Assembly: GCA_043228905.1 (NCBI GenBank)
Contig: JBHGNT010000015.1
Span: 20,216,304 to 20,280,303 of the forward strand
Direction: 5' to 3'
Origin: Azolla caroliniana
Taxonomy: Eukaryota > Plantae > Polypodiophyta
DNA: 64,000 bases
The notes beneath the pieces were generated by a model, which saw only the letters and a list, made by a program, of their open reading frames with translations, made no database searches and was not told the DNA's origin. Position 1 is the stretch's first letter; every line of letters begins with the position of its first letter. A program made the translations under genes and the position numbers. Positions 1 through 13,600 of this stretch are shown piece after piece.

Positions 1-31
1 TGGTTCCATTCCTTCCAAGCAAGTTAGCAAT

Positions 32-3000
32 GTGTTCCTAGCCCAAGTCATTGTTAGTACTAAAAGTACTCCCCCAGTACCCGTCCCAACACTTTTAGAT
101 TCCGGAGCTAATTCTTGTTTCATGGATCGAAATTTTGCCCAAGCTTCTCAGATATCCTTAAGAAAACTTCCTTGTCCCGCATCTGTAGTAGTCATTGATG
201 GTCGTCCCATTGCTTCCGGGAATATTGTAGAAGAATCAGAACCCATTCAAGTTGTCCTAGGTAGTTTTGTGTGTATAATATCATTTAATATAATTAGTAG
301 TCCAGAGCATCCCATTGTCCTAGGATTACCTTGGTTTGAATTACATAATCCAGCCATAGATTGGAGAACAAGAGAAGTCCGATATCGACCACCCCAAGAA
401 TCAACTCACCGAGTTTCGACCATTTCACTCCATCAACTACGCGAAGAAGGACCCAAGGAGGCAGTGTTCCTATTTGCAATATCAGTACATCCTTCCAGCA
501 CTATTAAGAAGGACTCCTCAGTACAACTTCCGGCAAAATATCATCCTTATGCCGATGTATTTGACAAGGTAAAAGCCGGTACCCTTCCTCATCACTGTCC
601 CTATGACTGTCCCATTGATTTACAACCAGGAACCGAGCCACCATGGGGACCAATTTACAACTTGTCACCTACCGAGTTAGAAGTCCTTCGAGCCTACATA
701 GAGGAGAACTTGGCAAGCGGGTTCATCCATCATTCGAAATCTCTGGCCGGTGCACCCATCTTCTTTGTCAAGAAGAAAGATGGCTCACTTCGTCTCGTCG
801 TTGATTACCGCGGATTGAATAAAGTCACCATCCGGAATAGGTATGCACTTCCTCTTATATCAAGTCTTTTAGAGCGAGTTAATGGTGCCAAGTTTTTTAC
901 TAAAATCGACCTACGAGGAGCGTATAACCTCGTGCGGATCCGATCGGGAGATGAATGGAAGACTGCCTTTCGCACGTGGTATGGGCATTTCAAGTATACT
1001 GTTATGTCGTTCGGCCTAACCAATGCACCCGCAGACTTCCAACACATGGCAAATGATATATTCAGAGACCTCTTGGATATCTGTTTGATCATCTATCTGG
1101 ATGATCTATTGATTTATTGGAAGGCCCAAGAAGAGCACGATTCTCATGTACTATTAGTACTAAAGTGACTCCGCGAGAATGGTCTTTATGCCAAGCTAGA
1201 AAAATGTAGCTTTGACTGCAAGCAAGTGGAATTTCTAGGCTACGTCATCTCCTCAAAGGGCATCGCCATGGATCCAGCTAAAATCCAAATTGTACTAGAG
1301 TGGCAAATTCCACGGTCGGTACGAGATGTACAATGTTTTCTAGGTTTTGCTAACTTCTACCGTAAGTTTATACAGGATTACTTGAAGATTATTTTACCTC
1401 TCACACAACTTACAAAGAAGGGCCAAGCATTTCTTTGGCCCATCGAAGCAAATATGGCTTTTCGGCATCTTAAGAAAGCCTTTACATCAGCACCGATTCT
1501 AGCTCATGTGGATACAAGCAAACCATTCATCATGGAGGCCGACGCATCAGATTTCGCCCTCGGTAGCATCCTTTCTCAACAAGGAGATAAAGAAGAGTTG
1601 CATCCGGTGGCTTTCCATTCGCGCAAATTCGATGTCGCAGAAATCAACTACGAAATACATGGCAAGGAGTTATTAGCCATCGTGGATTCATTTGTGCAAT
1701 GGTGGCATTTCTTAGAGGGCTCTCCATATCAGGTCATTGTCTTTAGCGATCATAAAAATCTTGCTTATTTTCAGAATGCTCATGTACTAAATCAACAGCA
1801 AGCTCGGTGGGCGCAATTCCTCACGCGTTTTGACTTCAAAATCACATATCGACCGGGGAACCAACAAGGAAAAGTAGATGCACTATCACGACGTTCATAT
1901 CTTGCACCTCGTCCTGGTGATGCAACATTTGATAATCAAAAGCAAGTAATCTTGGGACCAACACGATTGCACACGACGCAGATTTTTCACACCCCGATGG
2001 ATTCACGGATTACCGATGACATACGTGCAACCTTGAAGACGGATAGTTTTGCTCAAGACATCTTGGCGCACATTGATACTTCTCGGGCATCCTGTTCTCA
2101 GTCTGAACAACCAGGTATTGACTACCGACAATTCGAATATCATGATGGTTTGTTATTCTTTTAAAAGCGCATATATGTCCCCGATTGCTCCTGTCGCGTT
2201 CAAATCGTCCAGCATTGTCATGACACCCATACGACGGGACATTTCGGTAGTACTAAGATGTTGGAGCTAGTGCAACGATCTTTTTGGTGGCCCCACATGC
2301 GCCGTTTTGTCGACGACTACGTTTGGACCTGTGATGTTTGCTACCGAGCAAAGATGCCACGACACCATCCATATGGCTTGTTGGAACCCTTACCGATTCC
2401 AAGTAAGCCGTGGCAGTCTATTTGTCTTGATTTTATCACAGATCTGCCGGTCTCGAAAGGGTTTGATGCTATCCTAACTGTCGTCGATCGATATACGAAG
2501 ATAGCACATTTTGTGCCGTGTACTAAAGCCATCACTAGCGAGGAAACCGCCGCCCTTGTTATGCGTGAGGTATTTCGGCATCATGGCCTCCCAAACAGTA
2601 TCATCAGTGACCGAGGACCGCAATTTGTCTCCAAATTTTGGCAGCATCTCTTCAAGATGCTCAAGGTCTCCTGCAACCTCTCCTCCGACTACCATCTTCA
2701 GACCGACGGGCAGGCGGAATGAACAAAACAAACGCTGGAGCAATATCTCCGGTGTTTCCTGAGTTATCAACAGGACGATTGGGCCTAGATTCTCCACTTT
2801 GCGGAGTTTGCGTATAATAATGCTATTCACTCCTCGACTCGGGTCTCCCCATTTTTCGCTTCTACCGGTTTCCATCCTCGCTGGTCGGTGATCGACACCC
2901 CGGAGCTACATACCAACCCTCGTGCCGAGGATCATTTGGAGAGGCTACACAAGATCCAGATGGATCTCTCTACTCACCTTCGTCATGCTCAACACATAGA

Positions 3001-3246
3001 AGACTTATGCGGATCGTCATCGGATTCTCTCCTCTTTTGCCATCGGAGATCGAGTATGGCTCTTACTTCGTCACATCAAGACTACTCGACCGTGCGACAA
3101 GTTGGATTATCGACGACTCGGTCCCTTCCGTATTACGGGTAAGATTAATGATGTCACATTCCGCCTTGAGTACCCGGACAAACCCGGTCCGCAATCAGCA
3201 CCGACTCGTTCCACTCGTCGTCTTTAAGGGGGAGATAGTGTCATGA
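32..3246 (+). pseudogene. Gypsy pol (PR-RT-RNaseH-INT), disrupted; chromodomain deleted
   Basis: ORF pieces 32-1168, 1226-2164 and 2258-2722 broken by stops; jumps from FRL to YPDKPG relative to the chromodomain-bearing copy at 42505-43860. Confidence 0.9.
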
Positions 3247-3684
3247 TATGGCAAGACTCGAACCCATGAACTTATGCTACATGGGTCGAGCTCTTACCAT
3301 TAGACTATGAATTGTAATTTGTAAGATATTATTTTCATTTATGCTTTATCATAGAAAATTGATGTATATTCTAGATCTCTCTGGAACATTCTAGAAGCTT
3401 CAGGATTATTCCTAAAAACACTATAAAAGGAGGCACAAGGCATTGTTTTGAACCAAATTGGTTCAACGCCAGTCTTAAGCCTCTTAGCCGCTTTGTACTT
3501 ATCTTTCACATAATATATTAGCTGTTGTCATCATCTTTCTCTCTCTCTCTCATTCTCGCTATCTCTCTCTCTCCTCTTCTCACTTCCTCTCTCGGGAGTC
3601 TTACGCAGTCCCGTCCTCTTAGTACTAAGAGTACTGCTCTTCTTTAGTACTAATTCCATCTCTGTTTTAGTACTATTCCTGACA
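3239..3684 (+). repeat. 3' LTR of Tcn1-like family A
   Basis: TG...CA termini, TATA at ~3422, homologous to 42091-42512 and ~46378-46810. Confidence 0.9.
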
Positions 3685-3861
3685 TCTCGTTGCGCACCGG
3701 TTTACGCACCTGGTTTACGCACTGGTCTGGCCTAACCGATCTGGTTCTCGTCTTGCACAACCGATCCGGCCAATGTTGAACTCGTATCTCAACATTCCCC
3801 CTCAAGCTCAACTTGAGGCTCTTCTGGTTCTTCCGGGTCACCGCTCCGGTTTCTTCTAACT

Positions 3862-6800
3862 TCACGCCTTGCTCGCGCTCCTCGATCTGTTCGATTCCGC
3901 CCGCCTCGACCCTTGAAAGTCGAGGTCGGTTTGTGTGCTCGTGCGGCCCTTCTCAGCTCGCTTGCTATCGCAGTGTTGGCCCCTCTTTGGCTGCCCTTTC
4001 TTCCAATTGGCCCTCGGTTGATTCGGCGTCTCCGAATCAAACATGCGAACCGAATCAGCTTCCTCTGATCGGTTTTCGCTCTTGTCTGAGTTGGATTCAT
4101 CTCCTCCATGCTTGGTTGGCTCCGGCTCTTCCTTTCGGCTGCTACCCTCACGTCCGCTTTCGAACTCTTTCGCGGATCCGCCCTCGGCTTCTTCAGCCGA
4201 ACCGAAATTGAATTCGTCATCCGACTCGGCGTCACGGTATCTTCCGCTCCTTTCCTGCTCCCTTCCGTGGTCATCCGAGACTTCTCTCCCCCTCAAGTTC
4301 GGCACATCGAGGTGGCGTAACCCAAGCGCACCCGAGAATTGCCGTAACTTGTCGAGACCAAGGGGCTTTGTGAAAATGTCGGCGGTCTGCCGATCTGTCG
4401 GAACATACTCAAGTTCGACTTCACCGGAGAGGACACGCTTGCGGACAAAGTGGTAGTGCACCTCAATGGGCTTAGTCCAGGTGTGGAAGACAGGGTTCTT
4501 CGCTAACTGGATGCTGCTGAGGTTGTCGTAGTAGATCATCGTCGGATCGGATACCTCCACTTGCAGATCCTTAAATAGCCGTTTCAGCTAGATGGTTTCG
4601 CATGTGGTGAAAACTGCTCCTCTATACTCGACTTCGGTGCTCGACAGTGCAACTGTCGGCTGCTTCTTGCTACTCCACGCGATCATAGTGCTCCCAAGAG
4701 AGAACGTGAATCCAGATGTGGATCGGCGGTCGTTGGCGTTTCCGGCCCAATCAATATCGAAGTAACCGACTATCTGCGCGGAAACACCAGTCCGATATAG
4801 TAGCCCCTGGTCCTTAATGCCACTGACGTACCGGAGTACGCGTTGTGCGCACTGAAGGTGCTCCTCGGTTGGCCGCGCCATGAACTGACTAATCACACCG
4901 ACCGGGTAATTGAGGTCTGGTCGAGTGATAGTCAAGTAGATGAGGCTTCCGACAATATGTCGGAACCTCTTCGGGTCGCAAACCTTTCCGGAGTCGGGGC
5001 GAAGCTTGACGGTTCTATCTAGAGGAGTCGAGACAGACTTACAATCTGCCATCCCAAACTTGAAGAGCATACCCAACACGTAATGCCGTTGGGTGATCAG
5101 TATGCCTTCGGGGGTACGGATTAGTTTGATCCTGAGGAAGTAATGAAGGTGCCCCAGGTCCTTCATGTCAAATGATGCCGTGAGCTAGAGCTTGACGCGG
5201 TCAATTTCACTTAGGTTGGCGCCGGTGATGATCAAGTCATCAACATAAAGTAAAATACTAACCGGCCTGAGGCGAGCTTTCCGAATGAACAATGAAGAGT
5301 CTGATTTGGACGTCGCAAATCCCATCCGACGCAATCGCTACGTGATTTTCGCGTTCCAAGTAGGTGGGGCTTGCTTTAGTCCGTAAAGGGACTTCTTCAA
5401 CTGGCAGACCGCCGAGGTGTTCATTCCGGAGTGAAATCCGGGGGGCTGTACCATGTACACCTGTTCCTGAAGCTCGCCTTGCAGGAACACATTCTTGACA
5501 TCCATCTAATATAAAAACCACCCCTTCGGCACAGCTACCGCAAGCCAGACATGAACGATCGTCATCTTTGCGACCGGCGCAAATGTTTCATCGTAGTCGA
5601 TGCCGTGTTGTTGCGCGTAGCTTTTCGCTACTAACCATGCCTTGTATCGGTTGACCGAGCTGTCGGTGTTGTACTTGACCTTGTACACCCACCTACATTT
5701 GATCAGCTTCACACCCATCCATGCGTCAACCAGGTCGCAGGTTTCATTCTTCGCCAAGGAGTGCATCTCTTCCTCCATTGCGGTACGCCAATTTGCGTCC
5801 TTCGCCGCTTCTGCGTAGCTCTCGGGCTCACGCACTTCCCCTACACGCGTCATGTATGTGTAATGATGGGCCATGTACTCGTTGTATCCGAACCACACAA
5901 CATGGTTCTTCTGGCGGGTAGATCAGCGTAATTGCTCATTAGCCGATGTTGAGGCTTTTTTGACTGACGTGGACTTCACTCTCGAAGGCCTGTCATCGCT
6001 CTTCTCGGAGTCGATTTCACGTCGATCCGACTCGCCCTTATTCGTGCCATACTCCGACATCTTCTTCTTCCCTTTTTCCTTGCACGTAAACTGTCTCCTC
6101 GGCTTCCTGTGCGGGGAATCTGGCTCTTCTTTGGACTGGTCAAACCGACCTAGTCGCTCGTTCAGTCCACTTAGCCGAAATGAAATCGGACTCTCATTGA
6201 GGGTCTCAATTTCGCGGTCATTCGGAGGCATTTCAACCTCGTTTACCTCATCATCGGAACTCGGGTCCGGAGATCCGGAGTTGGAGTTGAGGTCCGGAGT
6301 CAGAGGCAAGTACCAGGACGCGGACTCGTCAAACACAACATCGCGGCTCAAGCGAGCTTGTTTGGTTCGGGGGTTATAACACTTATAACCCTTCTGTTTG
6401 TCCGAATAGCCGACCAAGATACACTTCTCGGCTTTCGCGTCCAACTTCCTCCGTTTCTCCTTCGGCACATGCACATACGCAATGCTACCGAAAACTCTCA
6501 ACCGTTGTAGATTCGGCTTTCTTCCAAAGTACAACTCATGCGCCGACACTTTGTCTCCGATCCGATTCAGGATGTAGACCGCGGTTCGTACCGTTTCGGC
6601 CCAATAGAACTTGGGCAAGCTCTTTTCTTCCAGCATTGCCCGCGCCGCTTCCACACTCGACCAATTTTTCCTTTCAGTTACACCGTTTTGCTCTGGCGTA
6701 TACCTAGAACTGAATTCGCGCCGAATTCCCATTTGTTGCAGATAACTGCTCAATTGACCGGAAAAGTACTCTTTTCCGCCATCCGACCGCAGATCTTTCT

Positions 6801-8562
6801 CCATGTTTCCCTTTCTACGAAGCCTTTGAGGTCCCGGAAACAGTCAAAGACTTCACTCTTCTTTTCAATGAGATAGATCCACGTGTGTCGCGTGTAGTCG
6901 TCGATGAAGGAAACAAAATATCGACTCCCGCCAAGATAACGTTCTGTGCCGACCTGCATACATCTGAATGTGTCAAGTCGAGCTTGTTCCGGCTCCGGTT
7001 ATGCTTGTTGGGGAAAGGAAGTCGGTGTTGCTTCCCTAGCTAGAAGGCTTCACAATTTGGGCCTTCTGGCCACTTAATTTGGGCAATCTGAACACAACTT
7101 GTTTCGAATGCAAGTCGTGAAGCCTTTGATATTTGACGTGGCTTATCCACTTGTGCCACAAGTCGATGTCCGACACGATTTTTTGTCCTTTTGCGAACAT
7201 TGCGGTGCCAATATCATTTGTGTTGAGGATAAACATCCTCCCGTCTCTGCGCCCTTGCACAATAACTTGGCCTTCCTCCTCGATGAAGCACCCGAGATGC
7301 GTGAACCGGACTTGCATCCCCTAGTCGACGATCTACCCGACCGACACCAGATTCTTCGTGATTGTCGGGACGTGTAACACGTTCATCAGTTTCCCTTTTT
7401 GCCCGACATGGCTCAGGGGAACTTCACCGACATTCTTGATCGGATGCGGAGTGTCGTCTCCTGTTGCGACTACTCCCGGTTGCATCGGTTTCTCAAGGTA
7501 TGAGAACCACTCCTTATGGCTTGTCATGTGGTTTGACGCGCCGGAGTCTACGTACCACACCTCGTTCAATTTCGGGGTGCTCTTGTTCATCGAGTTCGCT
7601 TCGTGTCTCGTCACAAAGGCTGCCCCCTTTCCAACTTTTTCGGATCCATCGGCGTAGTGCGATCGCTGCCGATTTCCTTTGTCGGTTTGTCTGAATCCGG
7701 ATCTGGTTTTCTCAGAATCAGCGCGCTTCTTCCAGCACTCACACTCCTTGTGGCCTTTCTTGCCACAATACCAGCATTCCGCGACTGATTTCCCTTGCTG
7801 GTTCTCATCGCCTCGATTCCCCTTGTTTCCAAAGGGTCCGGAATTGCTGTCTGTATCACTTCGGTGCCTTCTTCCTTGATCCTGTCGGCCACTTCCATTG
7901 CGCACCGATTCACGTTGTCCGCCATGAACACGGGGCCTATCTTCCTCCGTGTACAACATCTTGCTATCGGTGTGCGTACTCCTCGACGCACCCGCGTGGT
8001 TCTCCTCTATAAGGAGCATCGACTGTAGGTCGAAAAACGATGACGTATTCTCCCGTGTGCACATAGCAGTTCGGAATGCTCCGAACTTCGATGCCAGTCC
8101 CCCGAGACAGATCTGCACCATCTCGCCTTCCTTGACGTTCACATCGATGGAGGCTAAGGAGTCGCATATATCTTTGATCTTCGAGATGTAATCAGCCACC
8201 AACAAATCGCGTTGTCGCAAGTTGCTCAACTCCTGTCGGAGTTGGAGCTTTCTGGCTATGGTGCTTGTGGCAAAAATCTTTTTCAGATTTCCCCAAGCAT
8301 CCTTCGACGTTTTTGCATCCCGAATATAGCTTAGAAGCTATTCGCCCACACAAGACGTGAAGTAATAGAGAACTTTACTTGCCGACTATTCCCAAGCCAG
8401 GAAGTCTTTGTGTGTCGAATTGGGTGTTGTGTCATTTGCTCCATCGACATAGCTCCAGTATCCATGTCCGAGCAGGTACTGGTGCATCTTGTACGACCAA
8501 GATGCGTAGTTGTTTCTGTCAAGCTTCTCGGTCGGAAGCGAGCTAGCCATGTCTCTATCCAT
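3862..8562 (-). pseudogene. Copia gag-PR-INT-RT-RNaseH, multiple stops and frameshifts
   Basis: CCHC knuckle CWYCGKKGH, PR WYVDSGAS, INT SDGGKEY/PEQNG, RT and RNase H motifs (WSSKKQPTVALSSTE, ADIFTK) across ORFs 7333-8229, 5923-6804, 5506-5898, 4588-5166, 3862-4560. Confidence 0.9.
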
Positions 8563-8650
8563 TTGTTTTTCCTGTTCTTTACGAAGGTTAGGTTTTCTTC
8601 TCGAACTAAGGTTGGCTACAGAGGTTCTCAACCCTCGCGCTTTGATACCA

Positions 8651-9079
8651 TGTGAAAAGAACAACATGCGGAAGCAACAGAAAGCAGAACGTAGGAAAAC
8701 ACAGGTTTAATGGAGAGCTTGGACACACACACTGAGTACGTGGTAGAGACAAAGAGAGAGAGACAATACACACAACTCAATTAAAAAATAATACTTAGTC
8801 TGTACATAGGATGTGCTCAGTGAGCACTTTTATACAAGTCCATATGGACTGACAGAAGTATTGACACGCACTTCCATGCTCATAAATGAGCTCTACACTA
8901 ACTCCCAAAATATATTCCTATGCAAAATATCTTTCCAACGGCCTCACGGTTTACGCACCGGTGTGGCTTCTCGTTACGCACCGGTTTACGCACTGGTCCG
9001 GCCTAATCGATCGGTCCTAACCAATCCGGTTCCCGGCTTGCACAACCGATCCAGCCAATGTTGAGCTTGTATCTCAACA
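8651..9079 (-). repeat. 5' LTR of Copia
   Basis: Minus strand TGTTGAGATACAAG...TTTCACA, immediately followed by PBS. Confidence 0.88.
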
Positions 9080-9653
9080 ACAAGTATATGGCCCATTATT
9101 ATGCCTTCACAATGAAGGTAGCGGCCGAACAAGAGCCCGAGAGCTCTACAGAAGTGGCTCGTGACCCACGATGGGTGAAAGTAGTTGACCCAAGCCTTCG
9201 TCACAGGCTTGAGGGGGAGGAAGCGAAATTGGCACGAAAATATCGATACCGAAAACTAGACAATGCCGAAAGCAACACCAGATGTCGGACACCTCACACT
9301 TGATTTTGAGGGGGCGTGTTGAGATATCAAGCTCAACTTAGTTTAGTCGTTTAGTCAACACGCGTAACTTAGTAGTTACCTAGATAGAATCTAGTTAGTG
9401 TGTTGACCTTAAAGCCTTAAATAGGATTTTGTACTTGAGTGGGATACATTGTAGATCCTTCACTCCCATGTTCATTTAATATAGGACTTACACCTTTGTA
9501 CCTATATTCGACTCACACATGTGCACCTTTGCACATGAGATGCTTTTTAATATAGTTAATCATCCCCCAGCTTGTCTCGTTGTTCATAAGTGTTAACCTC
9601 CTCTCTCTCTTCCTCTCACACACATACACACACATAGCACCTAATCTTTCACA
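9080..9653 (+). mobile_element. Internally deleted Copia 3' end (host of the minus-strand Copia), LTR 9317-9653
   Basis: Pre-RT peptide YMAHYYAFTMKV..EPES..DPRW; PPT TTGAGGGGGCG; LTR TGTTGAGATATCAAGCTCAAC...CTTTCACA with termini related to 8651-9079. Confidence 0.75.
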
Positions 9654-9759
9654 GCTGCTTAATCACATAATTAGGTACTAATTAACCCATAGTTAATTAC
9701 CTAAATCTTAAAAGTTGCCTAATCCAACTCTCAACCAATGTTGTATATGGTTGATTCTT

Positions 9760-10480
9760 CCTATTTGCTTAATTGCGTAGGTACGAACAATTTGGCTAGG
9801 CTCTCGACAATGAGGACAATGGATTTGGTTGTGGCGTCATTGTTTTCCATTTTTAAGATGGGTCTATGTGTCTTCCTAACATCAATTTGCATGGGGCCTT
9901 GTTCATCTAATGGTGTTGATGGTGAAATAAATAGAGGGTGCATGTGTAGGTGAAGGTTGGTTGGTTTCTCCTCCACTCCTTGTAGCATTCAAAGGGATGA
10001 TTATCACATTGAATGGATGTAGAAATTACACATTGAAGAAGTACACATAAAGAGTAATTCTTGATTTCGTCCTAAAACCAGTTGAAAACTAGGATATTAT
10101 AACTTCTTCATTCCAATCATGATTGCAAACAAATGTTGAAAATCAACAAAGAAAATAGGAATTGGCCGATTGCCTCGACAAAGGTTTCATATTTTATATG
10201 CAAATGCATATTGGTTGTCATTTGTGCAAAAAATGGACACCATCTCGATCAACAAGGCTTTGAAATAGTTGAGGAGAGAAGACTAATAGATCAATAGAGC
10301 AAACCAAGGAAGGGCAATTCATGCAAGCAAAGTTCCAACCATGCCTACTTTCGTTGTGTCGAAGGATAATTTTGACGGTGAACCTACATCACAAACTTCA
10401 TTTAGTTGATGAAACCTATGAACTTTGAAGTGATGATAAGCTCTAGCAAACTTCACAAACAGATTTAGTAGTCTTACCTT
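9760..10480 (-). pseudogene. Highly decayed Tcn1-like gag remnant
   Basis: Fragments KVGMVGTLL and GPMQID resemble VGLIGTLL and TPMEIE of gag 31424-32551. Confidence 0.55.
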
Positions 10481-10676
10481 CATTGGTATTGAGTCCTAAT
10501 AGATCTTGCTTGTGCCCCAATGATGGTATCACAAGCCCTTACAACCATCACATTGTTGCCCCCAATTCTCACATTCACACACACAATATTTACTAGTTTA
10601 GTCTCTCTCATAAACTCTTCACTAGTGATGATGTTTCGTAGAGAAATGCGAAGTAAAATAATAAAGACATAAATAT

Positions 10677-13600
10677 TGTGGTATTACCACGGACCAAGGC
10701 CCCACCTAACCAGGGTCACATTGACCACACCCAAAGTAGGCCCCTACCAAGCCCCCATAATTAGAAGAGCTAATTGGAGCGGGAAAACACCTATGACGCT
10801 AAGAGTATCCTATAAGATTTACTAAGAGTAGCCTATAAGATGTAACTTAGAACGTAATGGAAAAGGAGCTATTTTGAGAGCATTTCACATCTTGGTTCAA
10901 CTGATGTGTTTGATCCGTGTACATATGGGTGGAAACGATGGAATGCCCATACGATGGCGTGCAACTCTTTTTCGGTTGTCGAGTAATTTTGTTCGGCTTT
11001 GGTAAGTGATTGGCCTATGTAGGCAATCGGGCGTAGTTGGTCGTTGTCGTCGGATTGGAGCAGGACTGAGCCAAGGGCGATGTTGGAGGCATCCGTCTGC
11101 AGATGGAAAGGCTTCGTGAAATCAGGGTGTGTCAAGTGGTCAGAGGCTTGGAGCGTTCGCTTGAGCTGCAAGAAGTTGGATTTGCAGGCGTCGGTTCATA
11201 GGAAGGGTGTGTCTTTTTGCAGGAGCACGCGTAGTGGGGCTGACAGGTCGGCTAGCTGTGGGATGAAGCAGAGAGAGAACGTGAGGAGGCCGAGGAAACG
11301 TTGAAGCTGCTTGATTGTGGTGGGGCGTGGGAATTTTTGGACTGCTTCCGTCTTCTTTGGGTCCATCTATGTTCCATCGGAGGAGATGACGTACTCGAGG
11401 AAGCGGAGGCGCGTACTACCCCAACGACACTTCTTCCACTGCAACTGCAATCGATAGGCTCGTTGAACACAAGTTAGGACCTCTTGAAGGACTTGGAGGT
11501 GTTTCGCCCAGGTGCTTGTATGTATCAGAATATCATCCAGATAGACGATGACGACGCGGCGGGTGATGAGATCGTCGAAGATGGCGTTAGCCATTCGTTG
11601 GAATGTGCTCCCATCGCCAGATATGCCGAAGGGCATCCGTGTGAACTGAAAAATGCCTTTCCTAGTGCGGACTGCAGTTTTGTGGGCATCTTCAAGATTC
11701 ATAGGGATCTGCCAATATCCCGAGGCCAGATCGAGGGAGGAGAAGTACTTTGATTTGCCGAGCTGGTCGTCGATACGAGGGAGAGGATATCAGTCATGGG
11801 TGGTGATATGGTTCAGTTGTCGGAAGTTGACACAAAAATGGTAAGAGCCATCCCCCTTTTTTACCATGTGTGGCTCCGAGATCCACTCGCTCTTGGAAGG
11901 TGTGGTAATCCCCTATTGTAGCATAGTTTTGACGGCATTGTCGATGCGCTCGTGGTTGAGAGGGGAGCGATGTCGTGGAGCTATGTTGATGGGGCGGGCG
12001 TTGCCTGTAGGAATCATGTGGTGGATCGGAAAGCGGACCGAGGGAGGTTTTGCAGGTGGTGTAAACAGCGAGGGAAAGGTGGCTAGGAGCCGTCAGATGT
12101 CGTGGATGCGTTCTGTCGGTGATACTAGGTACTGTGTGTTGCTAATGTTGGTGGTATCTCGCGGATTAGTGAAGAGCGCGATCGGAAGGTGATTGGGGAG
12201 GACGAGTTGTTGCGAGGAGAAATTGAGACAGGCTTGACTATGGAGGAACCAATCGCAGCCTAGGGTGATTGGGAACCATTGGCGCGGGAGGACGTAGAAA
12301 CGATGTTGGATCCAGGCGGAACTGATGGTTAGCATGCACATGACTTGTGTATGTGAGTGGTACAACCGCTGCTGGTCGCCGAAGAGGATTTTAATGGGCG
12401 GTGTGTGGCTCGTGGGAAGTTGCAATTGGGTGACTAAATTTGCGTTGATGGAAGAGATGTTGTTGCCGGAGTCGAGGAGAACTTCTTGGTTCATGTGCTG
12501 GAGGCGGGCGATCGTGGTACAAACGGGAGAAGATGATGTGGAGGCATGGACATGCGGGGGCGGCTCTCACTGCGGCACCCCGCGCATTAGTTTTCCGAGA
12601 GCTCAGAGAGGGAGGCAACGTCGGCTAATTGGACGTTTTGCTTCTGTTGTTGATTTTGCCACTTTTGGCAGTGACGCCGGATGTGGCCATAGTTGTTGCA
12701 GTAGAAATATTTGGGGCGTCCCTGGCTGTCTCGTTCGGGCAATGCACACTTGGTGCGTAACTGCGCGTTCTGGATGTCGACGTCCATGGGAGTGGCGATT
12801 GGCATAGTGTTTGTATGATCGTGACTGAGATTACTTGGTGTGTGCAGGTCATGTGTGTTTACAACTTCGATGTGTTGAGCGGTGAGGATGGCTTCATGTA
12901 GTGTCTTCGGGCCTTGATCGCGTACATGGCGGCGAAGGTCGTGTCGGATACGTGGCCAAAAGAAAAACAACTTCATGTCTTCTGACATGTTGGTGTCAGC
13001 CCGATGTAGGATCTGTACAAACCGAACCGCGAACTGGGTGATGGGTTCGCGTGGCTGTTGGGCGATTGACTCGAGTTGTTGTAGGGCCATTTGATGGGAG
13101 TTCTGATGAGCAAAATTCTGAATCATGGCTGCCCGTAACAGATCCTAGTCGTTGCGTGTCTCCTCGGGTTGTTGTAAGAGCCATGTTGCAGCGATATTCT
13201 CGAGGAGTGTCTTCATTTCCATTGCCTTCCGGGGGTGTGGCCACTAGTGGTAACTGGCCACCATTTCGAAATGATCTAGCCAAGAGAGGACGTCTTCCGA
13301 TGGTAGGCCGAAGAATGGTTTTGGGCGAACTCGGTGGTCCGGGAGATTCTATTGTGGCTCGGATCGTGTTGAGAGGAATGACAACATGGCTTGGTTAGTA
13401 TGGTTAACTTGTAAAATAATGTTGGATAGGGCCTGAACTAGTTGGTCGATTGGTGATGTGGGTTGATGTTCTTGAGTTTGTTGTTGTAGGAATTTTGGAT
13501 TCATGGAGTTTGCGTTGCCGCTATTGTTGTCGTGTTACATCGTGGCGTGTGTTGTTGGGGTCCTGAATTGGGGTTGTTTTGTCCGTCTTCTCCACCAAGA

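Larger units (their letters stand above)
1..3684 (+). mobile_element. Ty3/Gypsy Tcn1-like chromovirus family A, 5' part outside window, inserted in a Copia LTR
   Basis: PR (LLDSGA), RT (YLDD), RNase H and integrase fragments; PPT AAGGGGGAGATAG just before 3' LTR 3239-3684 (TGTCA...TGACA); same family as 42091-46810. Confidence 0.93.
3685..9079 (-). mobile_element. Ty1/Copia retrotransposon (3' LTR interrupted by the Gypsy at 3684)
   Basis: 5' LTR 8651-9079, tRNA-iMet PBS TGGTATCAAAG 8640-8650, PPT 3795-3805, remaining 3' LTR piece 3685-3794 matches 8969-9079. Confidence 0.92.

Noticed and set aside
9669-9705. AT-rich hairpin after the Copia LTR
   Set aside because: Short, low complexity, single occurrence
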